From the IMG/VR virus record IMGVR_UViG_3300013121_000028, positions 38,496-102,495 of that record: a DNA stretch of 64,000 nucleotides. One strand, 5' to 3'. Shown here piece after piece: positions 9,256 to 17,715 of this stretch. Position 1 is the stretch's first letter. Each line of letters opens with the position of its first letter. The position numbers and the translations under genes are program-made. The notes beneath the pieces were generated by a model. That model ran no database searches and had not been told where the DNA came from. It was given only the letters and a program-made list of their open reading frames with translations. The stretch comes from a virus. Its lineage: Duplodnaviria; Caudoviricetes.

Positions 9256-9884
9256 TGAGCAGTTTACCAATAAATAACGACTTTTTAAATCAATCGAATG
9301 AATCTAATTCAGGTAAAGAACCTGTAAAAAAGAAAAGACGTACTGCTTTGGAGATTGAGATGGATAAATATCCTGAATATTATGCTTTATGTGAATATGA
9401 TAGAAAATGCCTTGTTGCTAATAATTATTGGCGTGTAATGTATGGTATGCCTATTATTGAAGTACCACCAAGCGATACTCATTATTATAAGTATTTCGAT
9501 AAAAAATGCTATGATAGATATTCAGAATATCAGAAACAGAAAAAAAGGGAGGCTGAATATAATAATATGTTATTTAATTACAGGAAACAAACTGAAACTA
9601 AATTAATTAATGATGAAAATATCGAACAAAATGGAGATGTTGTGGTTGAGAATAAGATTATTAAAACTAAAGATAATGTTGTTATTAAAAGAGAAGAAGA
9701 AATGCCGATAGAAGAAAATAATAATTTCCTTAATGAAAAACAGGAACATCCTATTTATCCTAAACCTGAAAAAAAAGTAGATATTAAACAAGAAGAAAAA
9801 GTGGATTCCAAAAAAGAAACTTCTGAAAAGAAGAATAACAAAAAAGATAATAACAAAAATAACGAGCAAACAAGTTTATTTTAA
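9255..9884 (+). CDS. hypothetical protein with charged low-complexity C-terminus
   Basis: 209 aa; start overlaps the upstream stop. Confidence 0.6.
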   Translation: MSSLPINNDFLNQSNESNSGKEPVKKKRRTALEIEMDKYPEYYALCEYDRKCLVANNYWRVMYGMPIIEVPPSDTHYYKYFDKKCYDRYSEYQKQKKREAEYNNMLFNYRKQTETKLINDENIEQNGDVVVENKIIKTKDNVVIKREEEMPIEENNNFLNEKQEHPIYPKPEKKVDIKQEEKVDSKKETSEKKNNKKDNNKNNEQTSLF

Positions 9885-9892
9885 TTATAATT

Positions 9893-10132
9893 ATGTGTCA
9901 AACAATTTATATTAATAAAGGTGAAAAGGAAATTGAAAGTCCAAGACAGTTTTTGGAACACTTTGGATTTATGCCCTATAAACAAATACATTATAATTCT
10001 ATTGAAATGGATTGTTGTTTATGCCAATGTGATTTAGAAAAAACATTTAATGAAAATAAAATACCATTCAAAAAACATTGTGGAGATTTTTTTGTAGGTA
10101 AATTAGAGTTGGTTGTAGGTGATGATGATTAA
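9893..10132 (+). CDS. hypothetical Cys-rich protein
   Basis: CCLCQC motif. Confidence 0.6.
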   Translation: MCQTIYINKGEKEIESPRQFLEHFGFMPYKQIHYNSIEMDCCLCQCDLEKTFNENKIPFKKHCGDFFVGKLELVVGDDD

Positions 10133-10156
10133 TAACAATTAATTAAATTAATATCT

Positions 10157-10540
10157 ATGAAAAAGAATGATGATAATTCTATTAGTAACAAGAAAGTAGA
10201 AAGGTTGGCTAACGAAATAATAACTGCCGTTGAGTTTTATTTAGGCGGTATTAAACCAAGTTTGGCTAAAGAAATTATAAAATATGGAACTTATTGTTTT
10301 CCATATAGGCATAAAAACGGTATTGATGTTGTTTATCCGAGTGAAAAAATAACTCGTATTTATAGAGAATTATGTGAGCTAATGGTGGTTGATGAATTTA
10401 AAATACAGGATGGAATATACATAGATTATAAAGTTATGCCATTAGTTCAAAATCATTTTGATTATGATATTGGAGAATGTATTCATAGAGGTGGACTTGC
10501 ACTTCATCTTTTTGAATTAAAATCAAAAAATAAAATATAA
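10157..10540 (+). CDS. hypothetical protein
   Basis: 127 aa ORF in the + strand block. Confidence 0.55.
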   Translation: MKKNDDNSISNKKVERLANEIITAVEFYLGGIKPSLAKEIIKYGTYCFPYRHKNGIDVVYPSEKITRIYRELCELMVVDEFKIQDGIYIDYKVMPLVQNHFDYDIGECIHRGGLALHLFELKSKNKI

Positions 10541-10542
10541 AT

Positions 10543-11037
10543 ATGACTAATCCCTTCTATAAGTACCTGTCTGTTGAGGATAAAGAACATATTATGGTGG
10601 TTAATTATATTAAAGATAAATTACCCGAAGTAATTGCTTTTCACACACCTAATGAATCAAAGAAATCGTCTTTTGAACGCTATAAGGCAAGTATTATGGG
10701 TATTATGAAAGGAATACCCGATTTTGTGTTCCTACACCCTAAATACCCTTCTTATAGCTCAAGAGAAGCAATATATAACGGGCTTTGTATTGAGTTAAAA
10801 GCACCTGAACATGAAAGGGTTGTAAAAAAAGGTAAAAAAGAGGGTAAAACTGTTAAATATGTTGGAAAATTAAGCGACGAACAGGCAGATGTACTTGAAA
10901 AACTCAATAAATTCGGTTTTAAGGCTGTTTGTTGTTTTGGAGCAAATGAAGCTATAAATGTTATTGAAGATTATTTTAAGGACTATTTTGAGCTTAAAAA
11001 GGCACTTAAAATAAAGAGTAACCAAATATTAAAATAG
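10543..11037 (+). CDS. VRR-NUC domain nuclease (putative Holliday junction resolvase)
   Basis: FHTPNE...MGIMKGIPDF...IELK...GKLSDEQ...GFKAVCC. Confidence 0.88.
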   Translation: MTNPFYKYLSVEDKEHIMVVNYIKDKLPEVIAFHTPNESKKSSFERYKASIMGIMKGIPDFVFLHPKYPSYSSREAIYNGLCIELKAPEHERVVKKGKKEGKTVKYVGKLSDEQADVLEKLNKFGFKAVCCFGANEAINVIEDYFKDYFELKKALKIKSNQILK

Positions 11038-11043
11038 ATTATA

Positions 11044-11373
11044 ATGGAAAATTTTTTAGATAAAATATTAAAAGTAAAACCAATAGTATTAGAAATTTTA
11101 AAAACAAATTTAGAATCAAGAGATGATGATAACATTTTAATATTAAATGTTTGGGAAAAACAATTTAAAATTGAAACAAAAAAAATTGATGAATTTAATA
11201 ATTATATTGAATTTAAACATCTTTTGTTAAATGGTAGACTTTCTCCACCTGAAAGTATAACTCGTTCAAGGAGAAAATTACAGGAAGATAATATTGAATT
11301 AAGGGGTAAACTTTATGATGAAAGACAAAAACAGGAAAAAATAATAAAAAATCAATTAAAAATAGATTTTTAA
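11044..11373 (+). CDS. conserved phage hypothetical protein
   Basis: SRDDD..L...W and PESITRSRRKLQE motifs. Confidence 0.65.
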   Translation: MENFLDKILKVKPIVLEILKTNLESRDDDNILILNVWEKQFKIETKKIDEFNNYIEFKHLLLNGRLSPPESITRSRRKLQEDNIELRGKLYDERQKQEKIIKNQLKIDF

Positions 11374-11383
11374 CAATTATATA

Positions 11384-11512
11384 ATGAAAAAGAAATATCC
11401 AACATCTGATAAAGCAAAAGAGTGGAAAAAGCACCTTAAACCATACGGAAAGAGATTAGCTAATAAATCTACACGAAAAATAAATAAACGTAAGTGTAAA
11501 AATGAATATTAA
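11384..11512 (+). CDS. small basic protein (42 aa, not in ORF track)
   Basis: translated by hand: MKKKYPTSDKAKEWKKHLKPYGKRLANKSTRKINKRKCKNEY. Confidence 0.5.
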   Translation: MKKKYPTSDKAKEWKKHLKPYGKRLANKSTRKINKRKCKNEY

Positions 11513-11529
11513 TTTTTAACTTTATATAA

Positions 11530-11715
11530 GTGGGCATTAATAAACGCATATACATCAATTTTGTACGATTCATGCGTTTATTCTGTTTTATTGGCTTACA
11601 TAATTGGAAAACAACAGAAACAACATATACAGTTTTTGTAATGAAGGAATATTGTAAGTGTAAATTTTGTAAAAAAGAAAAAGTATTTGTAAGTGAAAAC
11701 GATTGTTATTTATGA
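11530..11715 (+). CDS. DUF1660-like small zinc-binding phage protein
   Basis: LFCFIGLHNWK...CKFCKKEK; probable start is ATG 11572. Confidence 0.6.
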   Translation: MGINKRIYINFVRFMRLFCFIGLHNWKTTETTYTVFVMKEYCKCKFCKKEKVFVSENDCYL

Positions 11716-12005
11716 ATTTATCAAAATATACTCATAGTGAAATACCCGAAGAAAGCTGTGTAATTAGAATTAAATCTACTAATCAATACATTCATGTTAA
11801 TGATAATAATGGATTATTTATTAAATCTAAAATGGTTGGTTGTTTGGTTTTGATGGATAAGCAAACTGCGGAAGATATGGTTGACAAAATAACCAAGTTG
11901 GATATTAGAATGTATGGTAAAGTAAATAGAGTATATGAAATTATTCCTTTTAATGAAGCGTATAAAGCTCATGGAATTTTAGACAGTCAAATATTTTGTA
12001 ATTAA
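11703..12005 (+). CDS. hypothetical protein
   Basis: probable start is ATG 11712, overlapping the upstream stop. Confidence 0.55.
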   Translation: MLFMNLSKYTHSEIPEESCVIRIKSTNQYIHVNDNNGLFIKSKMVGCLVLMDKQTAEDMVDKITKLDIRMYGKVNRVYEIIPFNEAYKAHGILDSQIFCN

Positions 12006-12006
12006 T

Positions 12007-12852
12007 ATGATTGATAAAAATATTATATCAGGTATATATAAAATAACATCACCAACAGGTAAGATTTATATTGGTCAATCAATTAATATTAAAGATAGAT
12101 TTCATAGATATTATAGGATAAGTAGATGTAAAGACCAAAAACTTTTATACAATTCATTAGTTAAGCACGGTTATAATGAGCATAAATTTGAAATAATTCA
12201 TATAGTTGATTGTGAAAACTTAGACAAGAAACAAATAAGAGCCGATTTGAATATATTAGAAAAGCATTACATTTTAAAATATAATTCTTTTGTTGGAAAT
12301 AATAAAAATGGTTTAAATCTAACAACGGGTGGGGATAGTTATGAAGTTTCAGAAATAACGAGGGAAAAACAGCGTGAATCAAATAAAGGAGAAAAAAATG
12401 GTTTTTATGGTAGAAAACATACTGAAGAAACTAAAAATATTATGAGGAAACCAAAAAGTGAACAAGGTAAAATAAATATAAGGAAATCAAAGATAGGTAC
12501 TAATAAAGGTGAGAAAAACCCTAATTACGGAAAAAAATGGAGTGATGAACAAAGGTTAAGATTAAGTGAAAAGAAAAAAGGTATAAAAAGTAGTGAATCT
12601 TCAAAAATAAAGAGAAGCCTTTCTATGAAAGGTAGAAAGCAGAGCCGTGAGCATATTATTAAAAGGTTTAAATCAATTATTGGTAAGGGTATTGTACCTA
12701 TATCTGCAATAAGTCCTGATGGTATATTAATGGAGTTTAAAGGAGCAATAGAGTTGAAAAACAAATTCGGTCTTAATCCTGTAAACATAACAGCTTGTTT
12801 AAAAGGTAGACAAAAAAATACGGGTGGTTGGAGTAATTTTAAGTATTTATAA
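12007..12852 (+). CDS. GIY-YIG homing endonuclease with NUMOD3 repeats and C-terminal HTH
   Basis: SGIYKITSPTGKIYIGQS; GEKNGFYGRKHTEETK; NITACLKGRQK. Confidence 0.92.
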   Translation: MIDKNIISGIYKITSPTGKIYIGQSINIKDRFHRYYRISRCKDQKLLYNSLVKHGYNEHKFEIIHIVDCENLDKKQIRADLNILEKHYILKYNSFVGNNKNGLNLTTGGDSYEVSEITREKQRESNKGEKNGFYGRKHTEETKNIMRKPKSEQGKINIRKSKIGTNKGEKNPNYGKKWSDEQRLRLSEKKKGIKSSESSKIKRSLSMKGRKQSREHIIKRFKSIIGKGIVPISAISPDGILMEFKGAIELKNKFGLNPVNITACLKGRQKNTGGWSNFKYL

Positions 12853-12856
12853 AGTA

Positions 12857-13579
12857 ATGAAAAGATTAGTAGAAACAAATAGGTGGAAGGATAGTTGGTT
12901 CGTTGATTTAAGTCCAAACGCAAAAATATTACTATCTTATTTATACGATTGTTGTGATGAAATAGGAAGTATTGATTTAAACTATTCCATTTGGTCAGCA
13001 CAATTAAAAATGGATAAACTTTCAATTATAGATAGTTTGAAAGAGTTGAAACCTGCATTATTAAGTGATAAGAAAAAGAAATTATTTATAAAAGATTTTT
13101 TAAAGCATCAGAAAAAATTACCACTAATAAAAGGTAATGAGGAACATGATTGGATTATAACTAAACTAAAGAGTAATATTGAAAAATTCGATAATGCTGT
13201 TGAAATTTTAGATATATTAAATAACCATGTAATAGACCAAAATGATATTAAAAAAAATAAAGACAGAACAATTAAAAAGTCAAAAACATTTTTAGAACCT
13301 ACATTTGAAGAACTTAAAGAATACTATTTATCTGAAGAACCTAACGCTCTTTTAACTGATATACAAGATATATACGACCATTATGTTAGTTGTGGTTGGA
13401 CTGTCGGTAAAAACAAACCTATGGTTGATTGGCAATCAGCAGTAAGAAAAGCAATAAGAAATAAGGTTAAATTTAGTAATAACAGAATTAATTTTAATTC
13501 AAATAATAATGATACTAAAAAAACAAGTAGAACAGAAACTACATTAAGTGTTGTTGATGAATTAAAACAAAATGTGTAA
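12857..13579 (+). CDS. putative phage replication initiator
   Basis: N-terminal WKDSWFVDLSPNAKILLSYL winged-helix pattern; C-terminal PTFEELKEY...YVSCGW...MVDWQSA; start placed at ATG 12857. Confidence 0.7.
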   Translation: MKRLVETNRWKDSWFVDLSPNAKILLSYLYDCCDEIGSIDLNYSIWSAQLKMDKLSIIDSLKELKPALLSDKKKKLFIKDFLKHQKKLPLIKGNEEHDWIITKLKSNIEKFDNAVEILDILNNHVIDQNDIKKNKDRTIKKSKTFLEPTFEELKEYYLSEEPNALLTDIQDIYDHYVSCGWTVGKNKPMVDWQSAVRKAIRNKVKFSNNRINFNSNNNDTKKTSRTETTLSVVDELKQNV

Positions 13580-13599
13580 TATATTTTAACTAAAATAAC

Positions 13600-13848
13600 A
13601 TGAGTAGAAATTTAATATACAACGAATGGATTCCATTCACAAGATACGAGAAGCATGAGTGCGACATAAAGTTAAAAGATGGTACAGTAGTAAAGCACGT
13701 TTCTCCACAAGCGGGTGTTTTTTACGGTGAGTGTGGTAAAACATTTGAACCCCGTGCAAAAGTTAAACAGGAAGATGTTGCATATATTATGTATCGTAGA
13801 TATTACCAAACGGGATTATGTAATGGTGATTGCAATAAAAAGTTATAA
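13600..13848 (+). CDS. hypothetical protein
   Basis: 82 aa ORF. Confidence 0.55.
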   Translation: MSRNLIYNEWIPFTRYEKHECDIKLKDGTVVKHVSPQAGVFYGECGKTFEPRAKVKQEDVAYIMYRRYYQTGLCNGDCNKKL

Positions 13849-13878
13849 TAATAAATAAAGTTTTTTCATAAATATTAT

Positions 13879-14886
13879 ATGGGTACAGAAATTAATAATA
13901 ATCAATTACAGAAGGTAGAAAACTCCACAACAAACTCATTAATGGTTGTAAGAAATGAACCATTATTATATTATCCTGAATTAAAAGATACGGACATACA
14001 CAAATCTGACATACTTAATGATTTAGAGAAGCAAGTTATATTAGCTACTCTTAATTTCCCTAAAATAAGAGTTTTAGATATAACTAAAGGTGATGTTGGT
14101 AAACCTAACTCGGAACATTATAATGCTTTAGTTGATATTATTGGTTTAGCTATTTGGACTATGGGTATTACCGAAAACTCAATGACAAAAAATGAGCAAA
14201 AATTATTTATACCAATAGCTATTGAGGAAATTAAAACATTCCCAAATTTAACTATTGAAGATGTTAGAATAGCTTTTAACAGGGGTGCAAGAAAAAAATA
14301 TGGTATAATGATGAATGGTGTATTAAATCCTACACTACAAATGAGTATTTCAACTGTAAATTTGTGGCTTACTCAATACTCAGAGGAAACAAAACATGAC
14401 TGTATGCAAAAGCTTCAATTCGTAAAACCATTACAGTTAGATGCTCCTAAAGAATTAACTGAGGAAGAAAAAATTGAAAGACATAATAATTGGTTAGAAT
14501 ATATTTACAAGAAGTTTGAAGAATTTAAATCAACTAACAAATACGATTATTATGATTTCAATAATAAACTATATAATTTATTAAAGAGATTAAAATTGAT
14601 AAATCTTACAGAAGAACAACAAGGTAAGATTTGGGATAAAGCTGTTAAAGAATTAAAGAATGAATATCATCCTAAAAATGGAAGGAATTATGGTCAAAGA
14701 ATTGATTTAAAAACAATTTATGATAATCTTAAATTAGATGAATTGGGTAAAAAAGAACATGATTTAGTTGTTACAAGATGTAAAAAACTTACAGTAAAAT
14801 ATTATTTTATTAGACTAATAAGAGAGGCGAAACATATTAAAGATGTTATTGAAGATGCAAAAAAAATTAATGATATTAAGTATTAA
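13879..14886 (+). CDS. hypothetical helical protein, possible replication partner
   Basis: follows the initiator; FPNLTIEDVRIAF..G pattern; function not established. Confidence 0.5.
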   Translation: MGTEINNNQLQKVENSTTNSLMVVRNEPLLYYPELKDTDIHKSDILNDLEKQVILATLNFPKIRVLDITKGDVGKPNSEHYNALVDIIGLAIWTMGITENSMTKNEQKLFIPIAIEEIKTFPNLTIEDVRIAFNRGARKKYGIMMNGVLNPTLQMSISTVNLWLTQYSEETKHDCMQKLQFVKPLQLDAPKELTEEEKIERHNNWLEYIYKKFEEFKSTNKYDYYDFNNKLYNLLKRLKLINLTEEQQGKIWDKAVKELKNEYHPKNGRNYGQRIDLKTIYDNLKLDELGKKEHDLVVTRCKKLTVKYYFIRLIREAKHIKDVIEDAKKINDIKY

Positions 14887-15482
14887 TATTTACTGAATGA
14901 CTTTATTACATCCATTATTGGATAAATTTGAATACCAAAAGATTCATCATAAAAATAAACTCCTGTTACTGTATAATTAGAATTTTTAATATTATCATTA
15001 TTTAAAGCATCCAAATCATTCCTAATACTTTTAAACGACTTTACAAAAGAACTTTTAATAACGTAATCACAATCAGGATTAGGAACTTTACCAATAATCT
15101 TATTTGTAGTATCCTTTACATCAACCATAACTAAAACATATTCTCCATTACTGTTTTTCATTATGTTATTTATGATGCAGTTAAATTGATAAACATTAAA
15201 CTCATATCCGAATCTTACTTTTTTATCAAACTTTTTATTATCAATAGGATATTGCTGAGTTAAATTTTTTAATGCTTTTATAGTTGTATTTTTTGCTGTC
15301 CAATTTATTTTTTTAGACTCTAAATCTGAAAGACTCTTAACATTACATCTATAATCACAATCACAGGTATTTTGATAGTTATTTTTTTTAACTGTAAATG
15401 AATATGCGAAACATAATGGTAATGAAATACACACTATAAATAAAATAAAATTTGATATTGTTTTTTTATTAATCTTCTTCAT
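14883..15482 (-). CDS. secreted/anchored OB-fold-like protein
   Basis: signal/TM after MKKINKK (start 15482); VKSLSD...EYVLVMVD...KVPNPDC...VTGVYFYD pattern. Confidence 0.5.
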   Translation of the reverse strand: MKKINKKTISNFILFIVCISLPLCFAYSFTVKKNNYQNTCDCDYRCNVKSLSDLESKKINWTAKNTTIKALKNLTQQYPIDNKKFDKKVRFGYEFNVYQFNCIINNIMKNSNGEYVLVMVDVKDTTNKIIGKVPNPDCDYVIKSSFVKSFKSIRNDLDALNNDNIKNSNYTVTGVYFYDESFGIQIYPIMDVIKSFSKY

Positions 15483-16296
15483 TATTTTTATCATCTTCAT
15501 TATTATTTTTCTTTTTACTTCTTTTTTTGTATATCCAAACAACTAATGGAATTACTATTGAAGTTAATAATACTTGCCAATACTTTTTAAAAAAGAATAT
15601 TATTTGAACTAAAATATCCTTTTCAACCATTACTGTATCTTCATAAACAATATCTTTCTTATTATCATTTTTAATAACAGATACAACTATTTTAAGATTT
15701 GAGTTTCCTAATTTTATTGGTGTTACACCCCAACTCCATTCTGTATATGTATCACCATTCTCAACTAATTGAACAGCATTATTTAATTCAACAATATCAA
15801 AGTTTTTATTATCTTTTGGAGAAACATCAATCAACTTTACTTCCATTGTTTCTGTTACAGGTATTCTACTTGTTATTACATTACCTGATAAACTATCATA
15901 TAAACTTACTGTGGCTTTTGACTTAGCAATTCTTACAAGAACCTTATATGTACTCCTAATCTTCATGACATCAGGAATTTTATAAACTATCCTTCCGTCA
16001 TAATAACCATTAGTTTGTTTTATTACCTTACCTTTATTTATTTCGATTATTTTAAGTTTATCAACAGGATAATATTCTATACTTGAAACAAGTGTAACAT
16101 CTTTGTTTTTAGGTTTTAAATTCTTTTCTAAACTCAAATAATGTTCAATTAATTTTAAATTACTTTTATTTAAAGTGTCATTAATTACTGAATAAGATAT
16201 ATCATATTTGCTTTTATTTGTTTTTTTATGTGTATCACAAAAAGTAAAAAAGCAAATTAATATTATTATAATAAATATTTTAAAATAATTCAACAA
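15469..16296 (-). CDS. membrane protein with N-terminal signal and C-terminal TM
   Basis: hydrophobic N-terminus ending FTFC (possible lipobox), beta-rich core, YWQVLLTSIVIPLVVWIYKK. Confidence 0.6.
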   Translation of the reverse strand: MLNYFKIFIIIILICFFTFCDTHKKTNKSKYDISYSVINDTLNKSNLKLIEHYLSLEKNLKPKNKDVTLVSSIEYYPVDKLKIIEINKGKVIKQTNGYYDGRIVYKIPDVMKIRSTYKVLVRIAKSKATVSLYDSLSGNVITSRIPVTETMEVKLIDVSPKDNKNFDIVELNNAVQLVENGDTYTEWSWGVTPIKLGNSNLKIVVSVIKNDNKKDIVYEDTVMVEKDILVQIIFFFKKYWQVLLTSIVIPLVVWIYKKRSKKKNNNEDDKNNEED

Positions 16297-16305
16297 AATA
16301 TTTAT

Positions 16306-16977
16306 TTATTTATTTATCTGATTATTCAAATATTGAGTTCCAATAGCACCTGCGGTTGCACCACACAATAAATGAAACCAAGTCTTTTCGTAAAACTTCT
16401 TTTTAGGCTCATAAACGAACCCGCTTATGTTTGATGTTTGAATATATGGATTACTATTAACGACATCAACAACCATTTTCTTTGGCTTAAAAACACCATC
16501 TTTACGCTCACCAATAACTATACGAGATTCATTTGGTATTTTAAGGCTATCAATAGTTAAACCCGTATTAGCAATAGTTGAATAAAATTGAAAGTATTTG
16601 TCAATCTTATTTGATTTAAATGGCTTAAAATCACAAGGAATAATTTTATCAAAAGGAACTGCAACTTCTTTTATAATTGTATTTTCCTTAATAACAACTC
16701 CGCCCTTTATATTCTTAAATTTAGAAATCCATTCTTTTAGAGTATCATTTGAAGCTAACAATGTTTTCATTTGGTCTTGTGTTTCCAAAATCAAAGCTTT
16801 ATTTGTACTTACCTCTAAACCTAATTTTGTTTTGTACGTTTGAGCCTCTGTCTTATAGTTTTGAATATCTGATATAAGCTTATCATTATTACGCCTACTA
16901 CAACCTTCCCTAAAAATAAATATAACCACAATAACTGCGATTATTAATATATATATTCCGTCTTTTCTTTGTAACAT
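16306..16977 (-). CDS. putative spanin-like lysis protein
   Basis: N-terminal TM plus coiled coil and KKKFYEKTWF...G C-terminus; next to the holin candidate. Confidence 0.55.
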   Translation of the reverse strand: MLQRKDGIYILIIAVIVVIFIFREGCSRRNNDKLISDIQNYKTEAQTYKTKLGLEVSTNKALILETQDQMKTLLASNDTLKEWISKFKNIKGGVVIKENTIIKEVAVPFDKIIPCDFKPFKSNKIDKYFQFYSTIANTGLTIDSLKIPNESRIVIGERKDGVFKPKKMVVDVVNSNPYIQTSNISGFVYEPKKKFYEKTWFHLLCGATAGAIGTQYLNNQINK

Positions 16978-16994
16978 AATTAATATTATTTTTA

Positions 16995-17486
16995 TTAGCC
17001 AATATCATCATTATTGATTATTTGACTGTTATTGTTGTTTTGATTATTATTGGTTTGTGTTTTATCTTTATTACTATCGCTATTTACTGAATTTACGTTA
17101 TTAATAGTATTATTATTTGTTGGTATAGTTTGACTAAAAGATTGATTACTACTTGATGTATCACCATTATTAATATACTTTGATGCTACCTTCATACCGT
17201 ATAAACCGCCAATAAAAGTCAGTAATGATATTAAAAAATATTCAGGTAAAAGATGGTCAGGTGCATATATTATAGCAACTATCGTTGCAAAACCAATTAA
17301 CTGAATTAAAAACATTCCTGTCAAACTTTTACCACTTGGTTTACCATTTTCTCTTAAAGAATCTAAGAAAAAAGACTTTAATTCAGGGTCATTCTTAATT
17401 TTAAAATGAAAAACTAATAAGAATGTAATATATATTAATGCTATTACTAATATATAAAAGTGTTTTATGGTTAATCCGTTAAACAT
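16995..17486 (-). CDS. putative holin (3 TM)
   Basis: three hydrophobic segments, ENGKPSGKSL loop, polar N/S-rich tail. Confidence 0.6.
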   Translation of the reverse strand: MFNGLTIKHFYILVIALIYITFLLVFHFKIKNDPELKSFFLDSLRENGKPSGKSLTGMFLIQLIGFATIVAIIYAPDHLLPEYFLISLLTFIGGLYGMKVASKYINNGDTSSSNQSFSQTIPTNNNTINNVNSVNSDSNKDKTQTNNNQNNNNSQIINNDDIG

Positions 17487-17487
17487 A

Positions 17488-17691
17488 TTATGGTAATTTA
17501 GACTTTAATAATGTTATAAAATCATTCATACATTGTAACTCTGTTGGAGTAAATGTTGAGGTATCAATATCTACCTGCTTCATTGATGTTGGAGTATTCA
17601 TTGTTGGGTCAGCTTCAGTTAACCCTATACTTAAATTTAAGTTACCAGTTGGTGCTTGTTTAACCTTTACTTCTGTGAAATTAATTATCAT
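17488..17691 (-). CDS. hypothetical protein (possible fibre chaperone)
   Basis: 67 aa, directly downstream of the large spike gene. Confidence 0.5.
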   Translation of the reverse strand: MIINFTEVKVKQAPTGNLNLSIGLTEADPTMNTPTSMKQVDIDTSTFTPTELQCMNDFITLLKSKLP

Positions 17692-17715
17692 TTTATTTAT
17701 TTTTTATGTTATTTA

